Source: an uncultured delta proteobacterium (GTDB lineage Bacteria; Myxococcota_A; UBA9160; SZUA-336). Taken from it: a DNA stretch of 64,000 nt. Where the stretch lies: contig CAVPHD010000001.1 of NCBI GenBank assembly GCA_963704165.1, forward strand, positions 96,001 to 160,000. Direction: 5' to 3'. The notes under the pieces were generated by a model, which was given only the letters and a program-made list of their open reading frames with translations, did not search any database and had not been told where the DNA came from. This document shows positions 57,338-64,000 of the stretch, in pieces; position 1 is the stretch's first letter; the number at the start of each line of letters is the position of its first letter. The position numbers and the translations under genes are program-made.

Positions 57338-58117
57338 ATGAAGATCCTCGTCTGCTTGAAGCAGGTGCCTCACAAGGACGCACGGCTCGAGCTCGCCTCC
57401 GATGGGAGCTGGATCCAGGAGTCGAACATCAAGTTCGAAATCAACGACTACGACACCTACGCGCTCGAAGAGGCGCTGCGGATCAAGGACAAGGACGCAG
57501 CTTCCGAGGTGATCGTGCTCTCGATCGGCCCGGACCGCGTGCAGCAGTCGCTGCGCACGGCTCTCGGCATGGGCGCGGATCGCGCAATCCAGATCTGGGA
57601 CGACGGACTCGCGCACGCCGACTCACTCGCGATCGCGAAGTCGATCGCCGCGGTGGCCAAGGCCGAGAGCTGCGACCTCGTGCTCCTCGGTCTGATGGCG
57701 GACGACACGAACTTCGCTCTGACCGGCCCGATGGTGGCGGAACTGCTCGACGTCCCGCACGCGACCGGGATCGTCTCTGCGAAGTTCGACGGCGCGCAGG
57801 TCGAAGTCGAGCGCGAGCTCGAGGGTGGCGCGCTCGAAGTCGTGAAGCTTCCCCTGCCCTGCCTGCTCACGGCGCAGACCGGCATGAACGACGTCCGCTA
57901 CGCCTCGCTCAAGGGCATCATGCAGGCGAAGAAGAAGCCGCTCGACAAGAAGTCGCTCGCGGACATCGGACTCGAGGCCGGTGCGGTCGCTGCGAAGGTG
58001 AAGGTCGAGAAGATCTTCTCGCCGCCCAAGGGCGGAGGCGCCGAGATCCTGTCGGGTTCGAAGGACGAGATCGCGAGCAAGTTCGTCGGCAAGGTCAAGG
58101 AGCTGGGGCTCCTCTGA
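57338..58117 (+). CDS. etfB: Electron transfer flavoprotein beta subunit
   Basis: CLKQVP, ALEEALRIK, ALGMGADRA and RYASLKGIMQAKKK motifs. Confidence 0.95.
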   Translation: MKILVCLKQVPHKDARLELASDGSWIQESNIKFEINDYDTYALEEALRIKDKDAASEVIVLSIGPDRVQQSLRTALGMGADRAIQIWDDGLAHADSLAIAKSIAAVAKAESCDLVLLGLMADDTNFALTGPMVAELLDVPHATGIVSAKFDGAQVEVERELEGGALEVVKLPLPCLLTAQTGMNDVRYASLKGIMQAKKKPLDKKSLADIGLEAGAVAAKVKVEKIFSPPKGGGAEILSGSKDEIASKFVGKVKELGLL

Positions 58118-58144
58118 GCCGCAGCGCGAGCTGGAGATATAGCG

Positions 58145-59107
58145 ATGGCAAAGACACTGATCGTCGGCGAAATCCAGAAGGGGAACTTGCGCGAGTCCAC
58201 GCTCGAGCTGGTGGCGATCGCGCGCAAACGAGGCGGCGACGTCGCCTCGCTCGTGATCGGCAGCGGCGTCGGAGCTGCGGCCGAGGCGCTGTCCAAGAAA
58301 GGCGGCGGGAAGGTGCTGGTCGCCGACGACGCGTCTCTCTCGAACTACACCGCCGACGGGTACGTGCGCGCGATCCGCAAGGCGATCGACGCCGAGAAGC
58401 CCGACCTGATCCTGATCTCGAACACGCCGATCGGCTGGGACGTCGGAGGCAAGCTCGCGGCCCAGCTCGACTGCGGAATCGCGAGCGACGTGATCCGGAT
58501 CGAGCCGGATGGCGATGATCTGGTCTTCGTGCGCCGAATGTTCAACGCGAAGTTCGACGCGCGGCTTCGGGTTTCGGGCTCGCCCCGGATCGCGACCGTG
58601 CAGCCCGGCGCGTGCGAAGCGCACGCCGGATCCGAGCCGGGAAGCGTCGTCGCGCTCGACGGGGTCGGCGGCGATTCGCGTTCGAAGTTCGTCGAGGTGC
58701 GCGTGGCGCCCGCCGGCGGGCACGATCTGACCAAGGCCGAGATCATCGTCTCGGGCGGTCGCGGGCTGCAGAAGCCCGAGAACTTCGAGAGCGTGCTCAA
58801 GCCCCTCGTCGATGCCCTCGGCGGGCAGATGGGCGCATCGCGGCCCGTCGTCGACGCCGGTTGGCTGCCGCACGAGTACCAAGTGGGCAGCTCCGGTCAA
58901 GTCGTCGCTCCCAAGCTCTACGTCGCGGTCGGCATCTCGGGCGCGATCCAGCACCTGGTCGGGATGAAGAACTCGAACTTCATCGTCGCGATCAACAAGG
59001 ATCCCGACGCTCCGATCTTCGAGGTCGCCGACGTCGGCATCGTCGGCGATCTCTTCGAGGTCGTCCCCGCGCTCGCGGCTGCGCTGAAGACCGCCAAGGG
59101 CGGCTGA
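58145..59107 (+). CDS. etfA: Electron transfer flavoprotein alpha subunit
   Basis: [30 protein letters not shown] and [11 protein letters not shown] motifs. Confidence 0.96.
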   Translation: MAKTLIVGEIQKGNLRESTLELVAIARKRGGDVASLVIGSGVGAAAEALSKKGGGKVLVADDASLSNYTADGYVRAIRKAIDAEKPDLILISNTPIGWDVGGKLAAQLDCGIASDVIRIEPDGDDLVFVRRMFNAKFDARLRVSGSPRIATVQPGACEAHAGSEPGSVVALDGVGGDSRSKFVEVRVAPAGGHDLTKAEIIVSGGRGLQKPENFESVLKPLVDALGGQMGASRPVVDAGWLPHEYQVGSSGQVVAPKLYVAVGISGAIQHLVGMKNSNFIVAINKDPDAPIFEVADVGIVGDLFEVVPALAAALKTAKGG

Positions 59108-59119
59108 GAAGAACCTCCG

Positions 59120-60034
59120 TCAGCCCACGCGAAGCGTGGCGACGACGATCTCCCCGGGCGCGCCGACGCGCACGGGGATGAAGCTCACGCCGACCCCGCG
59201 GCCGACGTAGAGCTGTGCGCCGTCGCGCTCGAACCGTCCCGACCAGTAGCCCTCGTGCGTGTGACGCAGCGGGGTGCGGCCGAAGATCAGGATCTGGCCG
59301 CCGTGGGTGTGCCCGGAGAACTGCAGATCGACGCCGACGTCGGCGGCCTCCTCGAAGAAGTCGGGGTGGTGGGCGAGAAGAACGACCGGCTCACCCGGAG
59401 CGCAGCCGTCGAGCGCACGCTCGAGGTCGGGCTTCCCGGCGAGCAGATCGTCGACGCCCGCGAGCCAGAGCGACGAGCCGCCGCGCTCGAGCCGAACACC
59501 GTGGTTCTGCAAGATCACGACGCCCTGCTCTTCGAGCACCGAGCGCCAGAGCCATGGATCTCGCGCCGCGTCGTATTCGTGATTGCCGTAGATCGCGAAG
59601 ATCCCCAGCGGCGGCTGCAAGATCGAGAGGCCCTTTCGCAGGTGCAGGATCTCGTGGTCCCAGTGGTTCACCAGATCGCCGCCGAGGCAGACGAGATCGG
59701 GAGCCTCGGCCGCGACTCGCGCACAGATGTGCATGAAGTCGTCCTCGTCGAGATAGTTCCCGGCGTGGATGTCGGACAGGAACGCGACGCGGAGGCCGTC
59801 GATTCCGACCCCGCCGCGTCCGAGCCGGAAAACCGGACGCGTCACTTCACGGTGTCGCTCCAGCCAGGCCGAGATCCCGCTTCGGACGTCGCCCCGGTAG
59901 AGAGCGCGCGCGAGGATCGCGAGAACGTGCGAGATGAGGACCGAGAGTCCGGGCCACGAACCGGGCCACGCCCAGGCCCTACGGCGCCTGCTCAGATCGC
60001 GTGTCTGCGTCGGCTTCTCGATCTCGTGCGTCAT
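59120..60034 (-). CDS. Metallophosphoesterase (YkuE-like)
   Basis: SDIH, GGD, GNHE, HHPD and SGHTHGGQI motifs. Confidence 0.92.
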   Translation of the reverse strand: MTHEIEKPTQTRDLSRRRRAWAWPGSWPGLSVLISHVLAILARALYRGDVRSGISAWLERHREVTRPVFRLGRGGVGIDGLRVAFLSDIHAGNYLDEDDFMHICARVAAEAPDLVCLGGDLVNHWDHEILHLRKGLSILQPPLGIFAIYGNHEYDAARDPWLWRSVLEEQGVVILQNHGVRLERGGSSLWLAGVDDLLAGKPDLERALDGCAPGEPVVLLAHHPDFFEEAADVGVDLQFSGHTHGGQILIFGRTPLRHTHEGYWSGRFERDGAQLYVGRGVGVSFIPVRVGAPGEIVVATLRVG

Positions 60035-61042
60035 TCACCTACACGCATCGCCGGGAACGACGGTCACCTTGATCGCGCCGCTCGTCTTGTCGCCCGCGCA
60101 GCGGAACGCTTCCTCGATCCGATCGAGCCCGAACTGGTGGGTCTGAAGCGGCGCGAGCTCCGCCGCGTAGCGCGGCAGGAGCTCGACGGCGCTCCGGAAC
60201 TGCGAACCGCGCCGACCGGTGCCGTACATGTTCGAGCCCACGAGCTCGAGCTCACGCACGGCGAGGTCGAAGGCCGAGATCTCCGAGCGCTGCGAGAAGA
60301 CCCCGAGCACGACGATCCGGCCGCCGGCGCGACACCACCGCGTGGCGCCGAGCAGCGTCTGCGCGTGCCCGCCCACGGTCTCGATCACGACGTCGGGCCT
60401 CGCGTCCTTCGCCCAGGCCCCTACCTCGTCCTCCGAGAGCGTCACGAGTCCGAGCCTTCGCGCGGCTTCTCGCTGCTGGGGATGCCGAGCGGTGATCGCG
60501 ACTTCGTGCGCGTGGTCGCGCGCGAGCATGCCCGACAGGAGCCCGATCGCGCCGGCCCCGATCACCAGGACGCGGCTGTCGCCGGAGATGCGCGCGAGCG
60601 AGACTCCGCGCACGCAGACCGCGAGCGGCTCCGCGAACGAGGCCACCAGGGTCGACACTGACGGATGTACGGGGTGAAGCGCGTACTCGGGCACGTCGAC
60701 GAAGTCCGCGAGTCCGCCGGAGCGCATCACGCCGATGATCGAGAGCTTTTCGCAGAGCTGTCGATCACCCGAGACGCAGAAATCGCAGACCGTGCAGACG
60801 TGGATCGGTTCGACCGCATAGAGCGCATCGGCGAGACCACGAGGACCCTCGAGAAGTCGGCCCGTGATCTCGTGCCCGGGCGCGATCCCGATCGGTGCCG
60901 GGAGCTCCCGCCGGTGGAAGTGAAGGTCGGTGCCGCAGATCCCGCACGCCTCGACTCGGAGCCGGACCCAATCGGGCGCCAGCGGCGGAGGCACGACCTC
61001 TGCAACCTCGACGCCGTCCCGGGTCCAGCGCGCCAGCCTCAA
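60035..61042 (-). CDS. Zinc-dependent alcohol dehydrogenase (MDR family)
   Basis: CGICGTDLH, GHE, CxxCxxC-x7-C, EPLA and GAGAIG motifs. Confidence 0.92.
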   Translation of the reverse strand: MRLARWTRDGVEVAEVVPPPLAPDWVRLRVEACGICGTDLHFHRRELPAPIGIAPGHEITGRLLEGPRGLADALYAVEPIHVCTVCDFCVSGDRQLCEKLSIIGVMRSGGLADFVDVPEYALHPVHPSVSTLVASFAEPLAVCVRGVSLARISGDSRVLVIGAGAIGLLSGMLARDHAHEVAITARHPQQREAARRLGLVTLSEDEVGAWAKDARPDVVIETVGGHAQTLLGATRWCRAGGRIVVLGVFSQRSEISAFDLAVRELELVGSNMYGTGRRGSQFRSAVELLPRYAAELAPLQTHQFGLDRIEEAFRCAGDKTSGAIKVTVVPGDACR

Positions 61043-61049
61043 AGCGCGC

Positions 61050-62339
<1,290 letters not shown>

Positions 62340-62384
62340 CGCGCGGCATGATACACACCTGACCCGGGGAGCGCCGCGCTGGAA

Positions 62385-63113
62385 ATGACCCGAACGAAAC
62401 CGGCGATTCTCGATCGCGCGCTTCCGCTACTCGCGGGAAACCTGCTCCGGGTCGTCGGTGGAACGCTGCGCGTTCGCCACGAAGGCGAAAACCGGCTCGA
62501 CGAGCTGCTCGAAACGGGCCGTCCCGTGATCGTCTACGGCCTGCACGGCCACCTCCTGGTTGGCGCGTGTGACTTGGGGCGACACCGCCCGTACGTGATG
62601 ATCAGTGAGAGCCGCGACGGCGAGCGGATCGCGCGCACCGTCGAGCGGGTCGGATTCCGCCCCATCCGTGGCTCGAGCTCGCGCGGTGGGGTGCGCGCTC
62701 TGCTGCAGACCGTGAGGCTGCTGAAGGGCCCCGTCGTCTGCTGCCACCTCGTCGATGGTCCACGCGGGCCCTACGGCGAGGTGAAGCCCGGACTGATCCT
62801 GATGGCGCAGCGCTCGGGTGCGGCGCTTCTGCCCGTGCTCTACGCGATGCGTTGGAAATTCCGGGTCGGCAGCTGGGACCGGATGCAGATTCCGATGCCG
62901 TTTGGCCGTGTCGTCGCGCGCTTTCTCGCTCCGAGGGATGTGCCGCGAGATCTCACGCCCGAAGCGGCCGAAGCGCTGCGACTCGAGATCGAGCGGGAGC
63001 TTGCGCGCGAAGAGCTCCGGCTCGAAGCCGAGGTCACGGGTCAATCCCCGGACCGCGGCGACCGAAGCGATGCGGGAGCTCCACCGAAGAACCCCACGGA
63101 GGTCGGCCCGTGA
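62385..63113 (+). CDS. DUF374 / lysophospholipid acyltransferase family protein
   Basis: SESRDGE, RGSSSRGG, DGPRGP and SWDRMQIPMPF motifs. Confidence 0.9.
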   Translation: MTRTKPAILDRALPLLAGNLLRVVGGTLRVRHEGENRLDELLETGRPVIVYGLHGHLLVGACDLGRHRPYVMISESRDGERIARTVERVGFRPIRGSSSRGGVRALLQTVRLLKGPVVCCHLVDGPRGPYGEVKPGLILMAQRSGAALLPVLYAMRWKFRVGSWDRMQIPMPFGRVVARFLAPRDVPRDLTPEAAEALRLEIERELAREELRLEAEVTGQSPDRGDRSDAGAPPKNPTEVGP

Positions 63114-63709
63114 ACATGCGCTCGTTCGGATCCGTCATCGCCGCCTGCGCCAGCATCGCCGCGCTCGTCGCCTGCTCTCCGCCCGCGGCCGAGGCGCCGA
63201 CCGACCCGGCCGAGGCACGCAGTGCCGGGCCCGCACAGCCGGGGGCGCCGAACCCGGCGCCGACCCACACGCGTCCGGAGCGGCGCCCGGGTGCGATCGC
63301 GCAGGTCGCGGGGCAATACAAGTACATCGACGAGCGCGGCCGGGTGCAGCTCGCTTCGCGACTCGAGGACATCCCCGAACGACAGCGTTCGACCGCCTCG
63401 AAGATCCAGAGCCCCGAAGCGAGCGGGCGCTCTAGCGCGTCAGGCGGCGACGTCCGCGCCACGCGCGACGTCGACATCACGATCTTCACGACGCGCTCGT
63501 GCGGTTACTGCCGCGCCGCGATGGCGCACTTCGACGAGATCGGGATCGAGTACACCAATCGCGACGTCGAGATGGACGAGGAGGCGCGTGCCGAGTACCT
63601 CGACCTGACCGGCGGACGCCGCGGCGTACCGGTGATCGTCGTCGGTGAGGAATGGATGCAGGGCTGGAGTCGACCGGAGTTCGACCGCCTGCTCGCCTCG
63701 GCCCGGTAG
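63110..63709 (+). CDS. Glutaredoxin-domain lipoprotein
   Basis: Lipobox LVAC, a YKYIDERG (DUF4124-like) segment, then CGYC and GVPVI. The GTG overlaps the upstream TGA; alternative ATG at 63116. Confidence 0.85.
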   Translation: MNMRSFGSVIAACASIAALVACSPPAAEAPTDPAEARSAGPAQPGAPNPAPTHTRPERRPGAIAQVAGQYKYIDERGRVQLASRLEDIPERQRSTASKIQSPEASGRSSASGGDVRATRDVDITIFTTRSCGYCRAAMAHFDEIGIEYTNRDVEMDEEARAEYLDLTGGRRGVPVIVVGEEWMQGWSRPEFDRLLASAR

Positions 63710-63758
63710 ACGTTCCCGGAACCTTCGGTCCGGGGTGCCGGAAGCCGATAGGGAGCGC

Positions 63759-64000
63759 GTGACCGCGCCGACGGACGACCCCGCCAAGTCGCAAGCCAAC
63801 GCGCCCACGAGCGTCGAGCCTCGTCCGCCGCTCGGGTTGGCGGAGCTGCTCGAGATACTGATGCGGGGGAAGGTTCTCTCCTCGCAGCAGGCGAAGGACC
63901 TCGAGGCGCGCGCCACCACGCTTCGCAGTCGCGTGCTGAAGGACCGTGTCGGATCGGTCCGCTCGCAGGCCGCCGCACGGTACGATGTCTCGGCTGCGGA
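63759..64000 (+). CDS. 5' part of a gene running off the window, possibly a GspE/PilB-type ATPase N-terminus
   Basis: GGGAG RBS and GTG at 63759; frame is open to the edge (LGLAELLEILMRGKVLSSQQAKDL..RYDVSAA). The product guess rests only on loose resemblance. Confidence 0.5.
   Translation, partial: MTAPTDDPAKSQANAPTSVEPRPPLGLAELLEILMRGKVLSSQQAKDLEARATTLRSRVLKDRVGSVRSQAAARYDVSAA

Overview
High-GC bacterial chromosomal window, probably from a Myxococcota-like lineage (inferred from gene content and style only). It holds about 55 genes. In order: an SDR, a HAD/PrpD-like/ICL-family operon, an adenylate cyclase with TPR and FN3 lipoproteins, tRNA-Asn(GTT), a PEP-CTERM protein, a redoxin-fusion plus UGSC selenoprotein pair, chaN-like/Ni-transporter/gamma-CA genes, and a complete Rrf2-sufBCDSUT operon. 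Then come a four-gene DUF11 surface-structure locus, a tungsten-type AOR/MoaD/MoeA cluster, a TMTC-like glycosyltransferase, speA, sulfur-transfer genes, a frameshifted prlC, etfBA and gltA. The most striking feature is the 21.1-29.5 kb locus. Two secreted paralogues carry a split DUF11 (Ig-like) fold: the Asn-bearing last strands sit at the N-terminus, and the Lys/Asp-bearing incomplete domain sits at the C-terminus. They are encoded with an acceptor-only small protein and a ~1900-aa outer-membrane protein that begins with the same donor motif. This suggests an undescribed donor-strand, possibly isopeptide-crosslinked, pilus in a diderm bacterium. The second highlight is an in-frame UGA (U-G-S-C-T-T-C) followed by a SECIS-like hairpin, which the ORF track splits into two ORFs. 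Three genes carry single-base frameshifts that look like sequencing/assembly error. No CRISPR array, integrase or transposase was seen. All family assignments come from motif recognition, not database searches.
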